This document shows, piece by piece, positions 19,126 through 27,755 of a stretch of 64,000 nucleotides of DNA; the stretch's first letter is position 1, and every line of letters begins with the position of its first letter. The translations under genes and the position numbers were made by a program. The notes under the pieces are model-generated. The model ran no database searches. It saw only the letters and a program-made list of their open reading frames with translations, and was not told the origin of the DNA. Source of the DNA: an uncultured Candidatus Binatia bacterium (GTDB lineage: Bacteria; Desulfobacterota; Binatia; UBA9968; CAXXLF01); the NCBI GenBank assembly GCA_965218425.1, contig OZ244621.1:2656001-2720000 (forward strand), in the 5' to 3' direction.

Positions 19126-19896
19126 GTGATTGAGGCTGTGGGATATGCGGCCCCCATTTGGGTATCTGGGGCGGCCGCTCTCGTTACCTTCACGGCGGGT
19201 ATGCTTGCGTTAGTGGGGGGGATGCCTGCAGGACGGCGTCTTCATTTCCTCCTTGGGTTAACCTCCGGAGTGTTGCTGACAACGGCCTTTGTGGATTTGA
19301 TTCCGGAGGCCATGAGCGGGGGAAGGTTAACGGGGTTGACCATGACCCTTGGTTTTTTAGCGCTCTATGCTGTGGAATGGGCGGTGGGGGTGCACGGCCA
19401 CGGCGAAGGCCTTACGGCTACACAAGGGGAAGTGGACACCCACTTCCACCGTCATGCGCCCAATCTTCCAATGGTGGCCTTCACGGCCCTTGCGTTACAT
19501 CGCCTGGTGGACGGCATTGCGTTGCCGGCGGCGTTCCATGCTAGCAATGCCATCGGATTGACCGCCGGAGGTGCGATTCTGGTCCATCAGTTCCCCGACG
19601 GGTTTGTGGCTGCCGTACTGTTTATGGCCGGTGGCTGGTCGCGGGGTCGCCTTATTGGAGCTGTGGGCGTCCTTGCACTGCTCACTCCTGTGGGGAGTCT
19701 CATCGGCATCGCCCTGGTTGGTGTGCCGGAGTGGTATCCCCATATCGTTGGGTTCGCGGCTGTGACGTTCATTTTCATCGCCGTCGCGGAACTCATGCCT
19801 GAGCTTCACCACGGTCCCCACAAGCCGACCGTTGGAGTTAGCCTTGTGATCGGGGTATTGGTCGCCTATGGGATACATTGGTTCGTTGGGGAATGA
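19126..19896 (+). CDS. ZIP-family metal transporter
   Basis: GVLLTTAFVDLIPEA, His-rich loop, LHRLVDG, HQFPDG, ELMPELH. Confidence 0.9.
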   Translation: MIEAVGYAAPIWVSGAAALVTFTAGMLALVGGMPAGRRLHFLLGLTSGVLLTTAFVDLIPEAMSGGRLTGLTMTLGFLALYAVEWAVGVHGHGEGLTATQGEVDTHFHRHAPNLPMVAFTALALHRLVDGIALPAAFHASNAIGLTAGGAILVHQFPDGFVAAVLFMAGGWSRGRLIGAVGVLALLTPVGSLIGIALVGVPEWYPHIVGFAAVTFIFIAVAELMPELHHGPHKPTVGVSLVIGVLVAYGIHWFVGE

Positions 19897-19977
19897 TCGA
19901 CAACCCGGGAATACGATGGTGTTATATGCTTCTCAACATCATAGTTTTCTCTGAGATTTTCTTCGGGGATTAGTGAA

Positions 19978-20919
19978 ATAGAATACACCATTTTGGGCAG
20001 GACTGGTTTGAGGGTGAGCGTCGCCGGTCTTGGCGCCGGCGGGAGCAGTCGGCTGGACCGGGCCACGGGGAGAAGCGAGAAAGAATCCGTTGCCTTGGTG
20101 CGCCAGGCACTGGATTTGGGAATCAATTTGATCGATACGGCTGAGGCCTATGGAACCGAGTCCATCGTGGGCAAGGCCATGGAGAGTTTCCCGCGGGATC
20201 GGGTCATTCTCTCCACGAAGAAACAACTTCCACCTCCTGATCACCCGAATCCCGTCGGCGAAGTGAGAAAATCTTTAGAACAAAGCCTTCAAAAGCTCAA
20301 AACCGACTATATCGATATTTACCACGCCCACGGGGTCAAACCCCATCAGTACTCGTATGCCCGTGATGTCCTTGCACCCATCTTTTTGAAGATGCGTGAG
20401 GAGGGCAAGATCCGATTCCTTGGGGTCACGGAGTATTTCGGTCCTGACGCGGGTCATCGTATGCTCACGCAAGCCCTGGAGGGGGATTGCTGGGACGTTG
20501 TCATGCCCGGCTTCAACATTTTGAATCCATCGGCCCGGGACAGAGTTTTTACAAAAACAACAGTGAAGAATATAGGAGTGCTGGTTATGTATGCGGTTCG
20601 AAGCGCCCTCAGTCAACCAGATCGACTCCGGACGGTGGTCTCGCAGTTGAAACAGGAGGGGAAGATTCCAAAAGATTCCTGTGACTCCAAAGATCCCCTT
20701 TCGTTCTTGATGGGGAAAGGCAAGGCCTCAACCCTGCCCGAGGTCGCCTACCGCTTTTGCCGGCATGAGCCTGGCGTCCATGTGATCCTGACCGGTACGG
20801 GTGACCCCGATCATTTGAAGGCCAATGTGGAGACCCTCTCCAAACCTCCCTTGCCCGAAGGCGATTTGCAACGTCTTCAAGAAATCTTCGGATCACTGGA
20901 CTCCGTTACGGGTGGGTAA
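19978..20919 (+). CDS. Aldo/keto reductase (start ATA 19978 or TTG 19993)
   Basis: EYTILGRTGLRVS, GINLIDTAEAYG, SLQKLKTDYID, GKIRFLG. Confidence 0.9.
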   Translation: MEYTILGRTGLRVSVAGLGAGGSSRLDRATGRSEKESVALVRQALDLGINLIDTAEAYGTESIVGKAMESFPRDRVILSTKKQLPPPDHPNPVGEVRKSLEQSLQKLKTDYIDIYHAHGVKPHQYSYARDVLAPIFLKMREEGKIRFLGVTEYFGPDAGHRMLTQALEGDCWDVVMPGFNILNPSARDRVFTKTTVKNIGVLVMYAVRSALSQPDRLRTVVSQLKQEGKIPKDSCDSKDPLSFLMGKGKASTLPEVAYRFCRHEPGVHVILTGTGDPDHLKANVETLSKPPLPEGDLQRLQEIFGSLDSVTGG

Positions 20920-23144
20920 GTTGCGGATACTCCCTTCGCTTGCAAGGCTTGAAACACCTTTTCCGAAGTAACCGGCAGGTCCCGAATACGTACCCCCGCG
21001 GCATCCTCCACAGCGTTTGCTATGGCAGCCGCCACGGGCGTGTTGGGGTTCTCCCCGATTCCCTTGACATTGTACGGACCCACGCCGCTTTGTCCCTCGA
21101 GAACCACGGTTGTGAGCGGTGGAATATCTTTTACTGTGGGAATCTTATAATCGCCGAAGTGAAGGGTGGTCACATGCCCCTCATCCACCAGCAGTTGTTC
21201 CATTAATCCGAAGCCTATTCCTTGAATGACACCACCGTCGATCTGCCCTTGATGACCAATGGGATTCATGACGGTTCCTGCGTCGTGGGCCGTGGTAAAA
21301 CGGAGCACCTTGATCTCGCCCGTTTGGGGATCCACGAAGACTTCTGCAACCTGGGCGGTAAAGGAGGTTACGTGAGCCTGGCCCGAGTCTTTGTTGATCA
21401 CCTGTTTGAAAATGGTTTTTCCCGCGCGGGATAATAATTGGTCCCAACGCTGCCGTTGTCGAGTTTTCTTGCGCACGACTTCTCTTCCTACGAGAGCGAG
21501 TTCCTCCCGGGGCCATCCCAGCTCCTCCTCCACCAAGCGAAAGAGTTCTTGCTTGGTTTGCTTCGCTGCTTCAAAGGCAGTCTTGGTCGCGGTGCGGGTT
21601 CCCCGGCTGCCCCCGATGCCTGAATCGAAAGGAGAGGAATCTGTGTCCAAGGTCTTGATTTGGATTTCATCCGGGCGGATGGAAAGCTCTTCTGCCACGA
21701 TTTGCCTGTGGGTGGTATAAGTCCCGGTCCCTTGCTCCACCACCCCCGTATGCAGCACCACGGATCCGTCAGGGTTAAGCTCTACAGCCAGTGAGGTTTC
21801 TCCTCCTCCGGGTTTTCGCTCTCCCATGGCGACCCCTCGCCCGACGTTGGGTAACTTGCGGGACCTGTAGCGCGCGGCTTTCTCAGCGGCATCGAGGGTC
21901 TCCTTCGCCCTGAGTTCCTGGTAGGCGCCTCCCGTCAGCATGCTGTCCCCTGCTTGGATTAGGTTCTTTTGCCGGAAGTCAACCGGGTCCATGCCGAGTT
22001 TGCGGGCCACGCAATCCATATGGGATTCAGCGGCGAAAAACGATTGCGGTTCCCCGGGAGCCCTCATCTGACCTCCGGGGATGTTATTGGTGTAGATTCG
22101 CTTTACCGAGATGCGTGCGTGGGGGCACTTGTACCAGGCTCCCCCCTGGGCGGCGCCGTTGATGACGGCCCCCGGCCTGAGGCCACCGTAAGCTCCGCTG
22201 TCGAAATAGGCGTCCATTCCATAGGCAACCAGGGCGCCGTCCTTCATGACTCCCGTCTTCATATGAAAAACAGCCCTGTGCCGTGGGTCACCGGCCATGA
22301 ACTCTTCCTGATAATCCATGACCATCTTCACGGGACGCCCACTCTTTAACGCTAGAAAATAACAAACGGGCTCGTCCAGGGCGCCTCCCTTTCCGCCGAA
22401 ATCACCTCCGATGGTGACGGGGTTCACCAGGATGCGCTCCGCGGGTATGTTAAGTGCTTCTGACATGCTCTCCTTGACTCCATGGGGGGCCTTGCTGGAA
22501 GACCAGATCTGCACCCGTTCCTGGCGGTCAATCCAGACGAGGCAGCAGTGGGGTTCAATAAACGCCTGGTGCACTCGGGGAACGGTAAAGGTGTTTTCGA
22601 TGACAATGTCAGACTGGCGGAATCCGGCTTCAATGTCACCCTTTTCGTGGAGATCGTGAACATAGGCGTTGGATGGCCTTTCCAGTTTTTCGGGAAGGCC
22701 CGAGTAGCTGTTCACGTCGGGATGAATGATAGGAGCGCTTTCTTCAAGTGCCGCTAGAGGATCGAAGACAGCCGGCAACTCTTCGTAATCCACGTGGATG
22801 AGTTCAAGGGCCGCCTCGGCCGCCTGGCGGCCTTGCGCCGCCACCGCCGCCACGCGTTCTCCTGCGAATCGGACCCGATCCTGGGCCAAGACCGACAGAT
22901 CCCGGTAACGGCGTCCATAGAGGATGCCGCGCACGTCGTCCCTTGTGATGACGGCGTGTACGCCGGGCGCCGACTCGGCCCGTGAGGTGTCGATGCCGAC
23001 GATGCGTGCATGGGGGTAGGGACTCCGCAGGGTCTTTGCCCAGAGGGTCCCAGGCAGCATGGCGTCGACGGAGTACTTTTCTTCACCGGTGACTTTTGCG
23101 AATTCCGCCCGAGGGGTGGAATGTCCAACGATGCGATACGACAC
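20877..23144 (-). CDS. Xanthine dehydrogenase family molybdopterin-binding subunit
   Basis: KVTG, LRSPYPHARI, IGGDFGGKG, MRAPG, EQGTG, GQIDGGVIQGIG, KGIGE. Confidence 0.92.
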   Translation of the reverse strand: MSYRIVGHSTPRAEFAKVTGEEKYSVDAMLPGTLWAKTLRSPYPHARIVGIDTSRAESAPGVHAVITRDDVRGILYGRRYRDLSVLAQDRVRFAGERVAAVAAQGRQAAEAALELIHVDYEELPAVFDPLAALEESAPIIHPDVNSYSGLPEKLERPSNAYVHDLHEKGDIEAGFRQSDIVIENTFTVPRVHQAFIEPHCCLVWIDRQERVQIWSSSKAPHGVKESMSEALNIPAERILVNPVTIGGDFGGKGGALDEPVCYFLALKSGRPVKMVMDYQEEFMAGDPRHRAVFHMKTGVMKDGALVAYGMDAYFDSGAYGGLRPGAVINGAAQGGAWYKCPHARISVKRIYTNNIPGGQMRAPGEPQSFFAAESHMDCVARKLGMDPVDFRQKNLIQAGDSMLTGGAYQELRAKETLDAAEKAARYRSRKLPNVGRGVAMGERKPGGGETSLAVELNPDGSVVLHTGVVEQGTGTYTTHRQIVAEELSIRPDEIQIKTLDTDSSPFDSGIGGSRGTRTATKTAFEAAKQTKQELFRLVEEELGWPREELALVGREVVRKKTRQRQRWDQLLSRAGKTIFKQVINKDSGQAHVTSFTAQVAEVFVDPQTGEIKVLRFTTAHDAGTVMNPIGHQGQIDGGVIQGIGFGLMEQLLVDEGHVTTLHFGDYKIPTVKDIPPLTTVVLEGQSGVGPYNVKGIGENPNTPVAAAIANAVEDAAGVRIRDLPVTSEKVFQALQAKGVSATYPPVTESSDPKIS

Positions 23145-23599
23145 TTTTGTACCTCCACGAATCCAGTGAAGGTAGAACCTATTTCATCTCCCGGAAAAAT
23201 ACAACGAGTTTTGTGCCCTGCGGGCAAAAGCGCAAAACTTTCAGAAATTAACCGCCGATTTATGCAGATAGACGTCGAGGGGCGTGCGCTGAGCGTATGG
23301 CGCAAAGCGACTGAAATTAGTGACGGGCAATGAGCGCTGAGGACTGAGTGAGGTGGGATGAGAATCGAGAATAGAGGGTTGAAGATGGAAAAGGGGCTGA
23401 AAGAGAGATCCGGACGCTATGCGCTCTATCCTTTGCCGTTTTGCGTCTCCGTTAATCGGCGAAAATCTGCGGTTAAAGCCCTACTTGGCGGCTTGACGGG
23501 AAAAATTTGTTGAAATCGTTCCCTGGTGGGCATAGGATCTAGATTCTTTTTAGTGGATTGCCGCGCAATCCGGTCTGCGAATTAGTGTACGAGATTAGT

Positions 23600-24847
23600 A
23601 TGAGCACGGAATCAAAAACGGATACTTTGGAGCGAAAGACCCTATTCAGCATCGTCTGCGCTTCCCATCTGGTCAATCATTTCCAGACCTCCATGATGTC
23701 CGTTCTCTTCCCGCTGCTGATGCGGGACCTGGGGTTCAGCTACCTGGATATTGGGGTGATCAGTACGCTCAGAGGCATGGCCGGCCAGTTCCTACAGGCC
23801 CTATACGGATTCATCGTCCCTTATGTGAAAAGGGCCATCATCTTGGGTACGGGAAATTTCGTGGTGGGACTTTCCGTCATAGCCACTGGTTTTGCCTCGA
23901 GTTATTCATTCGTCCTTGGCACCCGTATTTTCTCCGGTCTTGGATCAAGCCCGCAGCATCCGGTGGGCTCCACCATGCTCGCCACCCACTACCCTGAGGC
24001 TCGCGGCCGAACCCTCGCGCTCCATACCACCTCGGGAAACATCGGTTCACTGTTGGCCCCAATTTCCGCCGGCCTTCTGCTTCTGCATGTGGACTGGAGA
24101 ACCGTTTTCTGGCTTGTGGGGGGTATCAGTTTTTTAACGGGAGTTCCCTACTTCCTCTTCCGTGACGCGGTTCGTCCAGCCGCGCCGCGGGAAACGTTAG
24201 TAGGAGGAGGCAAAAGGGGCAAGGCTATTGAAGGGTGGGAGGCCTACAAGGAGTGTCTCAAGAACAGAAACTTCCTAGTGATATCCCTGGTCCTGATGGT
24301 GGGGGCCGCAGGCAGGGGCGGCGGGGTGAATACAACCTTTCTGGTCCCCCACTTCGTCAACGATTTAAAAGTCGATATCACCTATGCATCGTTTCTATTC
24401 ACTCTACTTCAGGTGGCCGGGCTGGTTGCGCCTTTACTTTGGGGTTGGGCCTCGGATCGAGTCAGCCGGGTCGGCACGATGCAGTTGTCGCTTTTCGTAT
24501 CATGCATCTCCACAGTCTGGCTGGGGTGGGTGTCGAGCATGTCGATTTGGTTACTGTTCAGTCTCGCCTTTTACGGCCTGGCGGTTCATTCCCGCCAATC
24601 ACTGACCCAGGCATTGCTGAGCGATATCGTGGAGGAGCGGTCCATGGACGCGGCCTTTAGTCTCTACTACGCCATTGGATTTATTTCCGGGCCGTTCTGG
24701 ACTCTCCTCACGGGTTGGATGATGCATAGGTATGGCTTCAGTCATGCCTTCTCGGTTATTGCCGTTTCCTATTTGCTGGGGATGGTATTGTTGACCTTTC
24801 TCCACGACCCGGTATCCAAGAGGGCCCAAGGGGGAGGGCCGGCCTAG
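23600..24847 (+). CDS. MFS transporter
   Basis: About 12 TM helices; GLGSSPQHPVG, RGRTLALH, GWASDRVSR. Confidence 0.9.
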   Translation: MSTESKTDTLERKTLFSIVCASHLVNHFQTSMMSVLFPLLMRDLGFSYLDIGVISTLRGMAGQFLQALYGFIVPYVKRAIILGTGNFVVGLSVIATGFASSYSFVLGTRIFSGLGSSPQHPVGSTMLATHYPEARGRTLALHTTSGNIGSLLAPISAGLLLLHVDWRTVFWLVGGISFLTGVPYFLFRDAVRPAAPRETLVGGGKRGKAIEGWEAYKECLKNRNFLVISLVLMVGAAGRGGGVNTTFLVPHFVNDLKVDITYASFLFTLLQVAGLVAPLLWGWASDRVSRVGTMQLSLFVSCISTVWLGWVSSMSIWLLFSLAFYGLAVHSRQSLTQALLSDIVEERSMDAAFSLYYAIGFISGPFWTLLTGWMMHRYGFSHAFSVIAVSYLLGMVLLTFLHDPVSKRAQGGGPA

Positions 24848-24881
24848 TTCGTGGGCTCGTGGCCGGCGAATTCGCCGAGAT

Positions 24882-25049
24882 TCATTCTTCCGCGACACTG
24901 GCGGTATTGTAGCATTCCGGACGGGTTCCCAGTTTCCAGATATCATGTTGGACTTGTTTCCACTGATCTTCAGTGGAGATGTCATGCTCGACATCGAAGT
25001 CCTTGCCGCAGGCGGAGCATCGTTGCGGGTAACCGATATGTCGAGACAT
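24882..25049 (-). CDS. Small 55 aa zinc-ribbon-like protein (not in ORF track)
   Basis: Hand translation MSRHIGYPQRCSACGKDFDVEHDISTEDQWKQVQHDIWKLGTRPECYNTASVAEE; RBS AAAGGAGAGG just upstream. Confidence 0.6.
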   Translation of the reverse strand: MSRHIGYPQRCSACGKDFDVEHDISTEDQWKQVQHDIWKLGTRPECYNTASVAEE

Positions 25050-25095
25050 GTGCCTCTCCTTTCAGACCGAGCAGATCCGCAGGCTAGGATATTTA

Positions 25096-25111
25096 AGCGA
25101 GTGGCATGCCA
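25096..25111 (-). promoter_or_regulatory. sigma54-type promoter for the 55 aa ORF
   Basis: Minus strand TGGCATGCCACTCGCT (consensus TGGCACG-N4-TTGCW, GG-N10-GC). Confidence 0.5.
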
Positions 25112-25206
25112 TGCTTGATAAATGTTATCCCTAAATTTGAGAATGGGTATTTTGTAAGGTTTTTACCCCTTCGTTGTGTAAACGATTTGCACGTCAATTA
25201 CATGGG

Positions 25207-25235
25207 TTGACATCCTTTACGGCACAATATAGAAG
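25207..25235 (+). promoter_or_regulatory. Possible sigma70 promoter of the Bug/TctC-like gene
   Basis: TTGACA-N17-TAGAAG; near-palindrome GTGTAAACGATTTGCAC just upstream. Confidence 0.4.
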
Positions 25236-25314
25236 AAGTGTCTGCCTCTCGCTGGGGTCGCGTAGAATTGGGGCATCATAAAAATTGTCCGGATCAAAAG
25301 AGGAGGATTGTTTT

Positions 25315-26382
25315 ATGCATGTAACAAGTAGAAGGCGGAATTTGATGATAGCCACAATTTCGTTGACGGCGTTTGTGGCGTTATCGTTTGCTCAGGCTTA
25401 CAAGGCTCACGCCCAGAACAAGGCCTTTTTCGATGGCAAAACCATCCGGGTGATCGTCTCTGCCGCCGCAGGTGGCGGTACCGATTCCGCGGGAAGAGTG
25501 ATGGCCCGGTTCATACCCAAGCATCTGCCCGGAAGTCCCAAAATCTTTGTGCAGAATATACCGGGAGGGGGTGGAATCCTTGGCAACAACTTCTTCTACA
25601 ATAAGGCAAAGCCAAACGGTCTGGATCTCTTTCAAGCCTCATCCTCAACGGTGACCCAGTATAATAGGGGTGGTAAGAGGATCAAGTACGATCCGCGAAA
25701 GTTTATCGGTGTGGCTTCCATCAACCGAGGCGGGAGCCTAATTATGATACGTAAAGATGCGCGTAGCCGGCTTAACGATCCCAAGGCCGAGCCGGTGGTG
25801 GTGGGAGATGCCGATGGCAGCCGTAACTGGCTCGCAGCCATCGTGTGGGGAAACGACTACCTGGGTTGGAATACGCGTTATATCTACGGCTATTCCGGAA
25901 CCTCAGACATGGCACTGGCATTTCGACAGGGCGAGATCGAGATGATGGCGACGGCAAACGTCCCCATCGTCGAAGACTTGATCAAGGACGGATCCATCGA
26001 AATATTGGGCACCCATGGCAGCATGCGAAGAAGAGACTATCCTAAGATCAAAACCTTTGAGGAGCTTCTGGGTGACAAGCGCCCCGGTGGGGTTTCATGG
26101 GAGGCCTATCGATTCTGGTCCTTGCCTTCCGAACTCGACAAGATGGTCATGCTTCCCCCCAACACTCCTGCTAATATTGTAAAAATTTACCGTGATGCCT
26201 ATGTAAAAATGAGCAAGGATCCCGAGTTTAAGGATGCAACCACAAAATTCTTCGGCGAGGGATGGGTTGTCCGTGGTGGAAAAGAAACCGAGGAGTTGAT
26301 GAAGGAGACCACATCCGCATCTAAAGAAGTTCACGACTTTTTGAGAAAAATGCGGAAGAAGCGTGGTTTGCCTGCCGGATAA
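25315..26382 (+). CDS. Tripartite tricarboxylate transporter substrate-binding protein (Bug/TctC-like)
   Basis: Signal peptide; GKTIRVIVSAAAGGGTDSAGR, HLPGSPKIFVQNIPGGGG, AKPNGL, PPNTP. Confidence 0.85.
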   Translation: MHVTSRRRNLMIATISLTAFVALSFAQAYKAHAQNKAFFDGKTIRVIVSAAAGGGTDSAGRVMARFIPKHLPGSPKIFVQNIPGGGGILGNNFFYNKAKPNGLDLFQASSSTVTQYNRGGKRIKYDPRKFIGVASINRGGSLIMIRKDARSRLNDPKAEPVVVGDADGSRNWLAAIVWGNDYLGWNTRYIYGYSGTSDMALAFRQGEIEMMATANVPIVEDLIKDGSIEILGTHGSMRRRDYPKIKTFEELLGDKRPGGVSWEAYRFWSLPSELDKMVMLPPNTPANIVKIYRDAYVKMSKDPEFKDATTKFFGEGWVVRGGKETEELMKETTSASKEVHDFLRKMRKKRGLPAG

Positions 26383-26820
26383 GGCACCATTGGGAAAGAG
26401 ATCTTTTGGTCCAGCTTAAGTTGCTGGAGGGATTTAGCTTCCTTGCCTCTCAAATAGGCGGCTTTTTTTCCTTGAGAGTTAGTGATTGGTAACGCGCGTT
26501 CCGAAGGTAGCTATAGGCATTTAAAGAGGGTGCCTTCCTGCGGGCTTCTTGCTCGTAGGGTGGGGCGAAGACGCTGAATGCCTCCGCTCACCTGTCACGG
26601 TCCAGGGAGTTTAAAGCTGAAAAGGCTTGGTGGCCTTTCCCGTGGTCGGTGAATTCATAAGGATTACTCGAAACCTTGGAGCGCTCGATCATGATCCTTC
26701 TGACTTCCTCCGTTGGACGAGTATAACGTGTGATCTGTGGTCGGGCCTGCCGCGACCTCCTTGCGTGCCGTTATATTTGGAAACTTGCATCGGCAGGCGT
26801 CCCGCGGCTACGGGTTGTCC

Positions 26821-27693
26821 TCAGGAAGTCCGTTGTTGGGATAGAAAGTGGTTCACGATCTCCTCACCTGTGGCGCGCCACACGCCTTGGTGTGAGCAGA
26901 TGTATTCCAGGCCCTTGTCGAGGGCGTCGATCCGGTGGGGGAGGCCTATGAGAAAGGGGTGTAGGGAAATCGCAACCACCCGGCCTGATTCCTCGGACTC
27001 CCGATACAACACGTCGAAGGCGCGGTTGATCATGCGCTCAAAGTCCTCCGGCGTGTAGTAGTACCGGTTGAACGCCTGCAGGTCGCTGACCCCCGCGCCA
27101 TAGGGCATGGAGACCAGCGGTTTTCCGCCGATATCCATTAACACGGGCTGATCGTCGTTATCCCAATCCACGGTGTAACTGCAGCCTTCCTCCACCAGGA
27201 GATTTACCGTGTTCCATGTCTCCTGGCGCCCGGCGCCAAGCCAGCCTTTGGGTTTTTTGCCGGTGGCCTTTTGGATACGGGCAAGGGTATCGTGTACAAT
27301 CCGGGTGGCTTCTTCCTCCGAGTCCACGTCAATCAACCGGCGGCTGTTGGTTTCACAGTGCCCCATCATTTCCCAACCATGCTTCAAGCACTCGTCCACT
27401 ACTTCCGGGCACATGTCGCACACGCTGCTGTTTAAGGCCACGGTTCCCCTAACACCGTAGCGTGCCATGACATCGATTATGCGAAAGACGGCCACACGGT
27501 TGCCGTAATCCCGCCGTCCCCAGGCCGATACATCTGGAATATGGTCCACGCCTCCCGGTATCTTCTCATCCAGGGGGAAATACTCGATATTGGGAACCAC
27601 GTAAAACGCTACACGCGCACCGCCGGGCCAACTCACCTTAGGACGGTTTTTGATGGGTTTATAGGGGAAAGGGCCGTAGGGTCTCGGTTGCAT
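26821..27693 (-). CDS. Polysaccharide deacetylase family protein (PuuE/allantoinase-like)
   Basis: WPGGARVA, RDYGNRVAVFR, WEMMGH, PKGWLG, ISLHPFLIG. Confidence 0.88.
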   Translation of the reverse strand: MQPRPYGPFPYKPIKNRPKVSWPGGARVAFYVVPNIEYFPLDEKIPGGVDHIPDVSAWGRRDYGNRVAVFRIIDVMARYGVRGTVALNSSVCDMCPEVVDECLKHGWEMMGHCETNSRRLIDVDSEEEATRIVHDTLARIQKATGKKPKGWLGAGRQETWNTVNLLVEEGCSYTVDWDNDDQPVLMDIGGKPLVSMPYGAGVSDLQAFNRYYYTPEDFERMINRAFDVLYRESEESGRVVAISLHPFLIGLPHRIDALDKGLEYICSHQGVWRATGEEIVNHFLSQQRTS

Positions 27694-27755
27694 ATTATGT
27701 GACCTGTGTGGGAGCTTCCATCTAGGATGGTCCGGCGTTTCGTGAAATACCCGAG

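Noticed and set aside
26588..26692. 34 aa minus-strand ORF MIERSKVSSNPYEF...
   Set aside because: RBS spacing is poor and there is no motif; cannot be told from chance.
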